DNA of 64,000 nucleotides. Source: Patescibacteria group bacterium (lineage in GTDB: Bacteria; Patescibacteriota; Patescibacteriia; UBA1558; UBA10009). The DNA lies in NCBI GenBank assembly GCA_018818425.1, contig JAHISB010000018.1, positions 16,390 through 80,389 of the forward strand, read 5' to 3'. Below the pieces are notes generated by a model, which was not told where the DNA came from, ran no database searches, and was given only the letters and a program-made list of their open reading frames with translations. Both the position numbers and the translations under genes were made by a program. The first letter of the stretch is position 1, and every line of letters starts with the position of its first letter. This document shows positions 1 through 9,117 of this stretch, piece by piece.

Positions 1-389
1 ATGATGAAGAATCAGAGGTGGATGAATGGCTTGAATTTTTCCTTGAAGGCATAGTTGAAATTGCGAATTCAGGCATAGAAACATGCACAAAAATTACCGC
101 GTTGCGTGATCGAGATTTTGCTAAAATGCAAAAACTTGGCAAGAAATCTGCTGCCTCAACACTAAAAATTGTCCATAATTTATTTAGTCAACCAATCGTT
201 GGAGTAGCAGAGATAATGAAATGGACAAAGTTTACCGCACCCGGCGCATATAATGTCATTGAACGACTCAAGAATTTGGGAATCCTTGAGCCTCTTGGCG
301 ATGCCGATTATGATCAAAAATATATTTATGCTGATTATTACGAAATCTTTGATGATTCCTTCAGAGAAGCGCGAAAAATGAAAAAATAA
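1..389 (+). CDS. Fic-family protein, C-terminal part with winged HTH (5'-truncated by window edge)
   Basis: Frame is open to the window start; '[11 protein letters not shown]' followed by an HTH-like segment resembles Fic C-termini, including the Fic at 40569-41627 (WLEFFLN). Confidence 0.6.
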   Translation, partial: DEESEVDEWLEFFLEGIVEIANSGIETCTKITALRDRDFAKMQKLGKKSAASTLKIVHNLFSQPIVGVAEIMKWTKFTAPGAYNVIERLKNLGILEPLGDADYDQKYIYADYYEIFDDSFREARKMKK

Positions 390-391
390 AT

Positions 392-1561
392 ATGAAAACA
401 ATTTTAAAAACCAACATCACTGTTAGAGATATTTGCGAAGGGTTCGTCTATAACGAACTGGAAGGCAAGGGTTTGTTTGGATTATCCGGCAAGCTCACTA
501 TTCAGCCGGAATACCAACGCAATTATATTTATGCGTCTGACGGCGGCAAAAGAGAAATGGCCGTCATTGAATCAATTCTCAAGGGCTATCCGATCGGCCT
601 GATTTATTTTAATAAAGTGAGTGACAAAAATTTGGAAGTTTTGGACGGGCAACAGCGAATCACCAGTCTTGGACGTTTTGTGACTGACAAATTTGCCATC
701 AAAGATGAAAACGGTATGGAACAATATTTTGGCGGTATGGCAAAAGACAAGAAAGCCAAGATTTTGGAAACTAAACTGCTCATTTACGAATGCGAGGGAA
801 CAGAAAGCCAAATAAAGGAGTGGTTTAAGACGATAAATATTGCCGGAGTTCCGCTCGTCCCCCAAGAATTGTTAAATGCGATTTACTCTGGACAATTCGT
901 GACACTCGGCAAGGAGGAGTTTAGTAATAGCCAAAATGCAAATATTCAAAAATGGAGCGCGTACATAAAAGGAAGTGCAAACCGACAGGCTTTTTTTGAG
1001 AGGGCTCTGGACTGGGTAAGCAAAGGAAATATTGATGATTACATGAGTATTCATCGCCATGACAAAAATATCAATGAGTTAAAAAAATATTTCAACAGCG
1101 TGATCGATTGGATTTCTAGTGTGTTTACCGACGTAGAAAGCGAAATGTGCGGACTTGAGTGGGGCCGACTGTATGAGCAGTATCATAAGAAAGCCTATGA
1201 CCCCAAGAAAGTGTCAGCCGAAGTGCACAAGCTCTATGGTGATTCGTATATCAAAAACCGCAAAGGTATTTTTGAGTTTATTCTAGGTGGTTCAGTAGAC
1301 ACTAAACTGCTGGAGGTTCGCGTCTTTGACGAGGCAACCAAAAAATCAGTTTACACAATACAGACAGAAACTGCCAAAACCAAAGGCAAATCAAATTGTC
1401 CGCTTTGTGCTATCGGGCACGATGCCAATAAGGAGAAAATCTGGAGTTTGAGCGAAATGGACGCTGATCATGTTGCGGCTTGGAGTAAAGGTGGCGCGAC
1501 TGCGGCCAAAAACTGCCAAATGCTTTGCAAAACACATAATCGAGCAAAAGGAAATCGGTAA
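392..1561 (+). CDS. DUF262 (GmrSD/ParB-like) domain + C-terminal HNH endonuclease
   Basis: [17 protein letters not shown] and F..IN..G motifs of DUF262; C-terminal CPLC...DADHV..WSKGG.T...[13 protein letters not shown] motif. Confidence 0.85.
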   Translation: MKTILKTNITVRDICEGFVYNELEGKGLFGLSGKLTIQPEYQRNYIYASDGGKREMAVIESILKGYPIGLIYFNKVSDKNLEVLDGQQRITSLGRFVTDKFAIKDENGMEQYFGGMAKDKKAKILETKLLIYECEGTESQIKEWFKTINIAGVPLVPQELLNAIYSGQFVTLGKEEFSNSQNANIQKWSAYIKGSANRQAFFERALDWVSKGNIDDYMSIHRHDKNINELKKYFNSVIDWISSVFTDVESEMCGLEWGRLYEQYHKKAYDPKKVSAEVHKLYGDSYIKNRKGIFEFILGGSVDTKLLEVRVFDEATKKSVYTIQTETAKTKGKSNCPLCAIGHDANKEKIWSLSEMDADHVAAWSKGGATAAKNCQMLCKTHNRAKGNR

Positions 1562-1638
1562 AAAGTGAAGAGTTTTCGGTCGGGGCAATTCACCCCTTTT
1601 GTTCCCCTCTTGCCCCCCTCCCTCAAACAGAATAAGGA

Positions 1639-1689
1639 GTTTTGGATTTTGGGCATTCACTCCTAACCCCTCTGCCCAAAATCCAAAAC
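1639..1689. repeat. Perfect 17-bp inverted repeat hairpin
   Basis: GTTTTGGATTTTGGGCA (1639-1655) / TGCCCAAAATCCAAAAC (1673-1689). Confidence 0.8.
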
Positions 1690-1755
1690 AGAAAAAGAAA
1701 TTTGAAAATTTTTTAAAACAACCGACTATCGTCGGAAAAAGAAAAGGAATACATC

Positions 1756-1857
1756 AGCTAACAACGAGTATCCGGTTACGGCTTTTTACAAAAGCCTCCA
1801 CCCAAATTTTTCCTCCGTTCCGCTCCAGAAAAACTTCAGATACTCGAAACGTTATAT
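1756..1857 (+). mobile_element. attC-like integron cassette recombination site (putative), with a second partial 3' half ending at 1913
   Basis: AGCTAAC-aaCGAGTATC ... GATACTCG-aaac-GTTATAT imperfect palindrome with internal hairpins; second AACTTC...GAAC-GTTAGAT ends at 1913. Confidence 0.55.
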
Positions 1858-1930
1858 GCTGTTCAAAATTGCTCCTAATCGTCGCAACTTCGGATCAGCA
1901 AGGAACGTTAGATAAAATAAATAAAAATAA

Positions 1931-4705
1931 ATGCCTAAACAACAAAAATTCATAATAATCGACGGTAATGCGCTTTTGCACCGCGCTTTCCATGCCCTGC
2001 CGCCTATGACTTTAAAGAACGGCACTTTGGTTAATGCTGTTTATGGCTTTACTTCCATTCTGTTAAAGATTATTAAAGAGCTGAAGCCGGACTATATCTG
2101 CGCCGCTTTTGACAGAAAAGGCGTTACTAAACGAGCCGAGGAATTTGCCGATTATAAAGCCCAGCGCAAAAAACAGCCCGACGAACTGTATCAGCAGATT
2201 CCGATTATTGAGGATATTCTGAAAGCTTTTAAAGTGCCGGTGATTGATTCTAAAAAAGAGGGCTACGAAGCTGATGATGTTATTGGCACGGTAGTCGCTA
2301 AACTTAAAAAGGATGAACCCGACATTAAATCGGTGATCGTCACCGGCGATTTGGATACTCTGCAGCTGGTTGATGAAAACGTGGAAGTCTTTACGCTTAA
2401 AAAGGGTATTTCCGATACCATTACCTATGCTCCCCAAACAGTTAAAGAAAGGTACGGCCTGGAGCCGGAGCAACTGGTGGACTTTAAAGCTCTGCGGGGA
2501 GACCCTTCCGACAATATCCCGGGGGTCAAGGGCATTGGCGAAAAAACCGCTGCCAAGTTGATTCAAAAATTCGGCGCTTTGGAAAATTTATATCAAGCCA
2601 TAAAGAATGATGATAAAAAACTGGATGATTTTAAAGAAAGAATTATCAACCTGCTTAAAGAGCGGGAAAAAGAAGCTTTTTTAAGTAAGCGGCTGGTTAC
2701 GATTCAAACCGACTTACCCACTAATTTTAAATTGGCTGATACCAAAATTCAGGGCTTTGACCAAAAAGCGGTTATTAAATTATTTACCGACCTTGAGTTT
2801 AAAAGCTTGATGAATAGAATCCCGATGGCAATGGCCGGCGATGTTGAAAAATTGCCGGATGGTGAAAAAACAAAAGGTTCGCAAAGTAAAATGGAATTTA
2901 TGAAATTGGAGACCAGGCCGAAAAATAAAAAATTCAAATATCAATTAATTGATAATGATGATAAATTCAATAAATTTTTTGATGATTTAAAAAAACAATC
3001 TTTATTTGCTGTTGATACCGAAACTACTTCTTTGGATGTTTGGCAGGCAGAGCTTTTGGGGTTAAGCATTTCCTGGCAAGCAGATGTTGCCTACTATATT
3101 GTAAAGAATGGCGAATGGCTGAAAAAATTAAAACCGATTCTGGAAGATCCTAAAATTAAAAAAGTCGGCCATCATTTAAAGTATGATTACGAAGTCTTGA
3201 TGCAAAATGACATTGTTATTGATGGAATTGAATTTGACACTTTGCTGGCCGCCTATTTATTGACTTCGGGCAACCGCAATTTAAATCTTGATGATCTGGT
3301 TTTCAGCGAGCTTAAGTATCAAATGCAGCCCATTGAAGAGCTGATTGGCCCTAAGGGTAAAAAACAAATGTCAATGAAAGATGTTCCGCTGGAACAGCTT
3401 TCGTGGTATGCCTGCGAAGACGCGGATTTTTCTTTAAAGCTTTATAAAAAACTAAAGCCGCAGCTGGAGCAGGCGGCTAATCTGGGCCTGCTGCAAAAAA
3501 TGGAAGTTCCTTTAATTCCGGCGCTGGCAATTATGGAAAAAACCGGCATTAAAATTGATGTTGATTTTCTCAAAAAGATGAATCAAAAATTTAATCAGAA
3601 AATTAATTCTCTGGAAGATAAAATCTATAAACTGGCCGGCGCTAAATTCAATATTGCTTCGCCTCTTCAGCTTAAAGAAATCCTTTTTGAAAAGTTGAAA
3701 ATTTCCACCGCCGGCTTGAAAAAAATTAAAACCGGCATCTCCACGGCCGCCGCGGAGCTGGAAAAAATGAGAGGCAAGCATCCAATTATCGACCTGATTT
3801 CTGAATTTAGAGAATATGCCAAACTGCAAAACACCTATATTAAAGCTCTGCCTAAATTAGCTGATCCCCGAACCGACCGAGTTCATACCAGCTTCAACCA
3901 GACCATTGCGGCCACCGGGCGTTTTTCTTCTTCTGATCCTAATTTGCAGAATATTCCTATCCGGACGGAAATTGGCAGAGAAATTAGAAAGGCCTTTATT
4001 GCCGAGCGGGGCTATCGGATTATTTCGGCCGACTATTCGCAGATTGAACTGCGGGTAATTGCTTCTTTAGCTGGTGACCAGAAAATGATTGACTATTTTA
4101 AAAAAGGCGAGGATATCCATGCCCGCACCGCCGCCAATATCAACAAGATTGATATTAAAGAAGTCACTCGCCAGCAGCGCCGGGCCGCCAAAGAAGTCAA
4201 TTTCGGGGTAATTTACGGCCTGGGCTATGTTGGCCTGGCCCAACGCACAGGCATTAGCCGCGAAGAGGCCCAAAGTTTTATTGACCAATATTTTGCCGTC
4301 CATCCGCAGATTAAAAACTGGCTGGCAGAAACCAAAAAAATAGCCCACAAGCTCGGCTATGTTGAAGACCTTTTTGGCCGCCGCAGATATCTGCCCGATA
4401 TTAATTCCGGGGTGCAGATGCTTAAAGCGGCGGCCGAACGCATGGCTATTAATATGCCGATTCAGGGCACAGCCGCCGATCTTTTAAAACTTTCGATGAT
4501 TGAAATTGATAATCAACTACCGGCCTTCTCACCTAAATCTAAAATGCTCCTGACTGTTCATGATGAACTGGTTTTTGAAGCGCCGGCCAAAGAAGTTGAC
4601 AGAGTCTCTAAATTAGTTAAAAATATAATGGAAAATATTTATAAATTAAAAGTCCCCATAGAGGTTGATGTCCATTCAGCCAAAAACTGGGGTGACTGTA
4701 AATAA
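1931..4705 (+). CDS. polA: DNA polymerase I
   Basis: 5'-3' exonuclease (IIDGN..HRAFHA, EADD), 3'-5' exonuclease DTET, polymerase motifs ADYSQIELR, R..AK.VNFG..YG and VHDE. Confidence 0.98.
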   Translation: MPKQQKFIIIDGNALLHRAFHALPPMTLKNGTLVNAVYGFTSILLKIIKELKPDYICAAFDRKGVTKRAEEFADYKAQRKKQPDELYQQIPIIEDILKAFKVPVIDSKKEGYEADDVIGTVVAKLKKDEPDIKSVIVTGDLDTLQLVDENVEVFTLKKGISDTITYAPQTVKERYGLEPEQLVDFKALRGDPSDNIPGVKGIGEKTAAKLIQKFGALENLYQAIKNDDKKLDDFKERIINLLKEREKEAFLSKRLVTIQTDLPTNFKLADTKIQGFDQKAVIKLFTDLEFKSLMNRIPMAMAGDVEKLPDGEKTKGSQSKMEFMKLETRPKNKKFKYQLIDNDDKFNKFFDDLKKQSLFAVDTETTSLDVWQAELLGLSISWQADVAYYIVKNGEWLKKLKPILEDPKIKKVGHHLKYDYEVLMQNDIVIDGIEFDTLLAAYLLTSGNRNLNLDDLVFSELKYQMQPIEELIGPKGKKQMSMKDVPLEQLSWYACEDADFSLKLYKKLKPQLEQAANLGLLQKMEVPLIPALAIMEKTGIKIDVDFLKKMNQKFNQKINSLEDKIYKLAGAKFNIASPLQLKEILFEKLKISTAGLKKIKTGISTAAAELEKMRGKHPIIDLISEFREYAKLQNTYIKALPKLADPRTDRVHTSFNQTIAATGRFSSSDPNLQNIPIRTEIGREIRKAFIAERGYRIISADYSQIELRVIASLAGDQKMIDYFKKGEDIHARTAANINKIDIKEVTRQQRRAAKEVNFGVIYGLGYVGLAQRTGISREEAQSFIDQYFAVHPQIKNWLAETKKIAHKLGYVEDLFGRRRYLPDINSGVQMLKAAAERMAINMPIQGTAADLLKLSMIEIDNQLPAFSPKSKMLLTVHDELVFEAPAKEVDRVSKLVKNIMENIYKLKVPIEVDVHSAKNWGDCK

Positions 4706-4707
4706 CT

Positions 4708-4850
4708 TGATTATTAGACTATTTGAGTATTTGAATATTAGAATATTTGATTATCTAAATATTAAATTATTAGAATAATGGTAATAAACTAGATAATCAA
4801 ATATTCCACCGGTCAAATAATCTAATAATCTATGAATCTAATAATCTAAT
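4708..4850. repeat. Degenerate 8-mer tandem tract in two opposed orientations (TATTTGAA-type then TAATCTAA-type)
   Basis: ttgattatt/agactatt/tgagtatt/tgaatatt... followed by ataatcta/ataatcta/tgaatcta/ataatcta running into the ATG at 4849. Confidence 0.7.
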
Positions 4851-5346
4851 GTTTCTAACGGTCCACGCCGCATCAGGAATTTTTATCGGCAGCCAGGTTT
4901 CTGCCCCTTGGCTGGCTTTTATTTTGGGTTTTGTATCCCACTGGCTTTTGGACTTTATACCGCACGGCGATGAAAAAGTGATTGACCGCTCAAAATTTTC
5001 CGAAAGCCGGCTAAAAAAAATGCTTTTTTATGTGGCTGCCGCAGATACCTTGGGTATTATTATTCTTTTTTACTTTCTTATCTCAACAGAAACCATTGTC
5101 TTGACTTCAGGCATTCTTTGGGGCATGCTGGGAGCAGTGGCTCCGGATTATTTATGGGGTCTCCATAAAATTACCCGCATCAGGGTCTTAAAGCCCCTGC
5201 ATAAAATTCACAACTGGTTTCATCTTAAGCTGACTAATCCCCGATACCCCCGATTAAATCGGGGACGGGGACTGCCTTTCAAGCTTGGCAGTTTAATCCA
5301 GCTGGCCGCTTTTATTGCTTTTTTTCTCTTGATTATTTACTTATAA
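4849..5346 (+). CDS. Membrane protein, possible metal-dependent hydrolase-like (H..G, SH..LD.IPH, PD motifs)
   Basis: 165-aa ORF with several TM segments and His/Asp motifs; carries an in-frame palindrome at 5237-5271. Confidence 0.7.
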   Translation: MFLTVHAASGIFIGSQVSAPWLAFILGFVSHWLLDFIPHGDEKVIDRSKFSESRLKKMLFYVAAADTLGIIILFYFLISTETIVLTSGILWGMLGAVAPDYLWGLHKITRIRVLKPLHKIHNWFHLKLTNPRYPRLNRGRGLPFKLGSLIQLAAFIAFFLLIIYL

Positions 5347-5366
5347 TTGACTTTTGAATCTTTATT

Positions 5367-6314
5367 ATGTTCATCTTTTTATATGGCGAGGACTCGTACC
5401 GCTCCGGCCAAAAGCTTAAGGAAATAAAAAATAATTTTAAGGAAAAAACCGACCCTTCGGGCCTTAATATTGCCGTTTTTGAAGATGAGAATTTTGATTT
5501 GGAAAAATTTAATTCTGCTGCCGGCCAAAGCGGTTTCTTAGTTGCCAAAAGATTAATTATTATTAAAAACCTGTTATTAAATAAGCCGGCTAAAGAACTT
5601 GCTGAAAGCTTAGTTGAATTATTAGACAGGCTAAAAGGCAGTGAAAATATTTTTGTTTTTTACGAAAACGGTATTCCTGACCGGAGAACCGGGCTGTTTA
5701 AAAAACTTGGCCAAAGCAAATTGGTCCAGACTTTCGAACCTCTGGAAAATACCAAACTTGATAATTGGATTAAAAAATATATCGAGGAATCGGGCGGTAA
5801 AATAGAAAAAGACGCTTTGGACTTGCTGCTTTCTTTTGTGGGCGACAATCTGTGGCAATTAACCAGCGAGCTGGATAAATTAATGGCTTTTAAAAATAAT
5901 CAGGCCATAAAAAAGGAAGATGTTGAACAGTTTGTGACGGCAAAATTAAATGAGAATATTTTTGGCTTATCCGATGCCTTGGCCGTTGATAATAAAAAAG
6001 AAGCCGTTAGACTCCTTAAAGAACAGCTGGCCGTGGGCCTAAACGAAATTTATTTATTGACTATGATGACCAGGCAATTTAGAATTTTGGCCGAAATAAA
6101 ATCCCTGCTGTCCCAGGGAGTGCCACAGGCCCACATTGCTTCTAAATTAAAACTCCATCCTTTTGTAGTAAAAAAAGCTCTGCCGCAAGCTAATAAATTT
6201 ACTCTGGCTAAATTTAAAAAAATCTATCAGCAGTTGGTTGAACTTGATAAAAAGATGAAGTCCACCTCCCTGCCGCCGGCTACGCTTCTTAATCAATTTA
6301 TTATGCAAATTTAA
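5367..6314 (+). CDS. holA: DNA polymerase III subunit delta
   Basis: FLYGED N-terminus, ELDKL, IF.L.DA, LKLHPFVVKK; convergent with rpsT as is common. Confidence 0.93.
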   Translation: MFIFLYGEDSYRSGQKLKEIKNNFKEKTDPSGLNIAVFEDENFDLEKFNSAAGQSGFLVAKRLIIIKNLLLNKPAKELAESLVELLDRLKGSENIFVFYENGIPDRRTGLFKKLGQSKLVQTFEPLENTKLDNWIKKYIEESGGKIEKDALDLLLSFVGDNLWQLTSELDKLMAFKNNQAIKKEDVEQFVTAKLNENIFGLSDALAVDNKKEAVRLLKEQLAVGLNEIYLLTMMTRQFRILAEIKSLLSQGVPQAHIASKLKLHPFVVKKALPQANKFTLAKFKKIYQQLVELDKKMKSTSLPPATLLNQFIMQI

Positions 6315-6455
6315 AAAGGCCTTGCCTTACTCTGTCATTGCGAGCGGAGCGAAGCAATCCCCTTGGTCGAATGAACGTTCGTTCAACTAGGGAATCGCCG
6401 CGTCGTCGAGCTTTGCTCGTCTCCTCGCGATGACAATGAAAGGCAAGGCCTTTTT
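6313..6455. terminator. Bidirectional terminator-like stem whose loop contains a ~103-bp palindromic element
   Basis: AAAAAGGCCTTGCCTT (6313-6328) / AAGGCAAGGCCTTTTT (6440-6455) between convergent holA and rpsT. Confidence 0.7.
6333..6435. mobile_element. GTCATTGCGAG...CTCGCRATGAC palindromic (RPE/REP-like) miniature element
   Basis: Termini TGTCATTGCGAG / CTCGCGATGACA, internal CGAAGCAATC and sub-hairpins. Confidence 0.7.
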
Positions 6456-6466
6456 TGATTCTTAAA

Positions 6467-6733
6467 TTACTTCTTTATTTTTCTGACTCTGGCAACTAAG
6501 CGCGACTTTTTCCGATTGGCTGTATTCTTTTTAATTACGCCCCTTTTAACCGCTTTATCAATAGCTTTTTGGGTTTGTTTAAGCAAATCCTGAACCTTGT
6601 CCATTTCTCCGGCTTCTGCGGTTTTTAAGGTTTTTTTAATTAAATCTTTGACAGTTTTTTTACGCTTGATATTTCTGACTGTTCTCTTTTGGTCCCGGCG
6701 CAGCGCTTTTTTTGCTGATGGTGTTGTTGGCAT
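6467..6733 (-). CDS. rpsT: 30S ribosomal protein S20
   Basis: SAKKALR...N, IDKAVKRGVIKKNTANRKKSRL. Confidence 0.97.
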   Translation of the reverse strand: MPTTPSAKKALRRDQKRTVRNIKRKKTVKDLIKKTLKTAEAGEMDKVQDLLKQTQKAIDKAVKRGVIKKNTANRKKSRLVARVRKIKK

Positions 6734-6774
6734 ATTGTTGGTTGATTAAGTTTTATAAGTTATTAACGATAAAT

Positions 6775-6807
6775 TTTATCATTGTTCATTTATCATTGTT
6801 CATTTAT
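6775..6807. repeat. 7-mer tandem tract (TCATTGT/TCATTTA)
   Basis: tttatcattgttcatttatcattgttcatttat. Confidence 0.65.
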
Positions 6808-6865
6808 AATAAGGGTGTGAGAGATAAAACGATACTAACATAATCATAATAATAAATCAACTAAT

Positions 6866-7111
6866 ATGAAAGTCGAATACATTTCATCCAAAGAACAAAT
6901 GCTGATTGCCGAAAATTTGTATAATATTACCGATTCTATAGAAGCGGCTAAACGATTAGAAGAAGAATGCGGTATCAAAATTACATACGGCAAATCAGTT
7001 GAGCTTAGGGACTTTGCCCGCAAGCTGGATAAAACCAAGTTCTTTAATTGGGAAATTGAAAAAGCTATCGAAAAACATAGCGGGCATAAAATTCGTTTAC
7101 GCGATTTATAG
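6866..7111 (+). CDS. Hypothetical protein (81 aa)
   Basis: Protein-like composition; overlaps the truB 3' end by 47 bp. Confidence 0.5.
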   Translation: MKVEYISSKEQMLIAENLYNITDSIEAAKRLEEECGIKITYGKSVELRDFARKLDKTKFFNWEIEKAIEKHSGHKIRLRDL

Positions 7112-8405
7112 CTTCCAGCGGCTTAATCAAATATTTAGAATAATTATCTTTTGTAAGCTGATCCAACCGAACCGCCTCATTAATATTAAAATCCCCGATC
7201 GCGGTTCTTTTTAGTTCTTCAAGAATTGCCCCGGTACCCAACTTTTGACCAATGTCATGCGCCAGCGTTCTGATATATGTTCCGGTTGAACAAACGATTC
7301 TAATTTCAAAATTTGGGATTTGGGATTTGGGATTTGGGATTTGTTTGTTTCTTGCTCCGCCTTGAGCTTGTCGAAAGGTGGGTTGTATCTTGTATCTTAA
7401 TAATTCAATCTTATATATTTCAATCTCCGATGGTTTCCGAGCAATGGTTTTACCCTGACGAGCAATCTCATATAATTTTTTTCCATCGACCTTCTTGGCC
7501 GAAAACATCGGCGGCAACTGCTGCTGTTTACCAATGAACGATTTTAAAATGTTTTGGATTTTGGATTTTGATATTTGAGAATTATTTAGTCCCCGATTTA
7601 TTCGGGGATGGAATTTAGGATTTACCTCTCGGCCATGAGCTCGAGGCCGAATGGGAATTTTACCCGTCCTATCATAAGTATCCGACGTAACTCCCAAAGT
7701 AATGGCCGCTTCGTAAATTTTTGACAGCACATTAAACACTCCTGCAATTTTAGTTGCCTGTCCTATAGCGCAAATCAAAAGCCCGGTGGCAAACGGATCG
7801 AGCGTGCCGGTATGGCCGATTTGTTTGATGCCGGTGATGGAACGAAGCTTGGCCACAACATCGTGCGAAGTCCAATCCATGGGCTTATTAATTAATAAAA
7901 ATCCTGCTCGCCTCGATTCGGCGAAGCGGGCCTGCTCATCCTCTAATGCTTTCCTAATGCTTTTACCCTTGCAGACATCTTCTTTAAACGGTTTAAGTCT
8001 CTCTATTTTAAAATGTAAATCGGAGTTAACCGCTAAATCATGCAAGCCCTTAACATAGTTCTGCTGATCATAGCCCATGCCAATAACATCGGGTTTTTCT
8101 TGTTTAATGATTTTATAAGGATCGTCCAGATCGCCTAAAACAACCTTCCAATCCCCCGGTCTTTTGGTCTTTGATAAAACATCCTTTAATTGATTCAATC
8201 TTTTATTTTCATCAAAGTAAGGATTCCTGCCTTTCATTTTTTTTACATTTTCGTCTCTGGCAATTATAACAACTAAAAAATTATCTGACCCTAAACCGGA
8301 GCGTAGCGACTGGTTTAGGGCACCCAGCTCTTTAGCTTGTTCAATTAAATTGATATGTCCGGGATGGATTATATCAAAAGTTCCCGCAACTAGTACTTTA
8401 GTCAT
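7065..8405 (-). CDS. truB: Fusion: N-terminal cytidylyltransferase (RibL/FAD-synthase-like) + tRNA pseudouridine(55) synthase TruB
   Basis: VAGTFDIIHPGH (HxGH) and KPDVI.MGYDQ; then INKP...TSHDVV, GHTGTLDPFATG, PPMFSAKKVDG, CSTGTYIRTLAHDIG. Confidence 0.9.
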   Translation of the reverse strand: MTKVLVAGTFDIIHPGHINLIEQAKELGALNQSLRSGLGSDNFLVVIIARDENVKKMKGRNPYFDENKRLNQLKDVLSKTKRPGDWKVVLGDLDDPYKIIKQEKPDVIGMGYDQQNYVKGLHDLAVNSDLHFKIERLKPFKEDVCKGKSIRKALEDEQARFAESRRAGFLLINKPMDWTSHDVVAKLRSITGIKQIGHTGTLDPFATGLLICAIGQATKIAGVFNVLSKIYEAAITLGVTSDTYDRTGKIPIRPRAHGREVNPKFHPRINRGLNNSQISKSKIQNILKSFIGKQQQLPPMFSAKKVDGKKLYEIARQGKTIARKPSEIEIYKIELLRYKIQPTFRQAQGGARNKQIPNPKSQIPNFEIRIVCSTGTYIRTLAHDIGQKLGTGAILEELKRTAIGDFNINEAVRLDQLTKDNYSKYLIKPLEAINRVNEFYARYVFR

Positions 8406-8430
8406 AATAAATATTATTTGAAATTTGACC

Positions 8431-8458
8431 TTGACATTATTGAAATTTCTGCTATCAT
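8431..8458 (+). promoter_or_regulatory. Sigma70-type promoter for the 8504 ORF
   Basis: TTGACA-16 bp-TATCAT with extended -10 TG; GGAGGAGG SD at ~8488. Confidence 0.6.
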
Positions 8459-8503
8459 AGTTGATTAGGCAATTATATCAAAAAATGGAGGAGGAACAAA
8501 ACC

Positions 8504-9085
8504 GTGAAAACAATCGTTCTTTTCACTTTAGCGCTCTGCCTGCTGCTAAGCGGTTGCAACCGCATCGAGCCGCCGGTTGTTCGGGCGGAAAAACAGTTCT
8601 GCCAGCTGGAAAATCAGTTCTGGCTTAAGGCAATCGATAGCGCCACCCAACTAGCCTATAACTGGGTGACAATCGATACCTTGAAAAGTGGGTTTTTTAT
8701 CCCTTCCAACTGCATCAAACAAATGAGCGCAATTTTCACTGACACCTTGCAGGGAGACTCAGTGCAAATCAATGCCTACCGGCTAGCCCAACTAACTTCA
8801 GATGAATACTGCATTATAATTTTGGAATTAGTCCGTCGGTCAACAGATTGGCATCGGACGGTGCGCTGGCCAATGGATACAACCTGGGTAGAATTTACCC
8901 CTAATCTGCCAGATACGATTAGCTTGGGAGTACATAAAATTGCTCATCAGCAATACTGGTACGCCATTACCATCGGCGCGACCAGCGGTCCGGCTTTTGT
9001 CCGCTCCGGTTTCGTCAAAATGCTGTTGGAGAAGATGCGTCTAGATCTTTATCCGCCAACTGCGGCGTCAAAAAATCCAAAATAA
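8504..9085 (+). CDS. Hypothetical lipoprotein
   Basis: Signal peptide with LLSGC lipobox, strong SD, GTG start. Confidence 0.7.
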   Translation: MKTIVLFTLALCLLLSGCNRIEPPVVRAEKQFCQLENQFWLKAIDSATQLAYNWVTIDTLKSGFFIPSNCIKQMSAIFTDTLQGDSVQINAYRLAQLTSDEYCIIILELVRRSTDWHRTVRWPMDTTWVEFTPNLPDTISLGVHKIAHQQYWYAITIGATSGPAFVRSGFVKMLLEKMRLDLYPPTAASKNPK

Positions 9086-9117
9086 TATGCGAGATAAACT
9101 GAAAAACAGACTGGACA

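Noticed and set aside
1391-1955. ORFs 1391-1660, 1468-1656 and 1599-1955
   Set aside because: They overlap hairpins and attC-like non-coding structure and have no protein-like features
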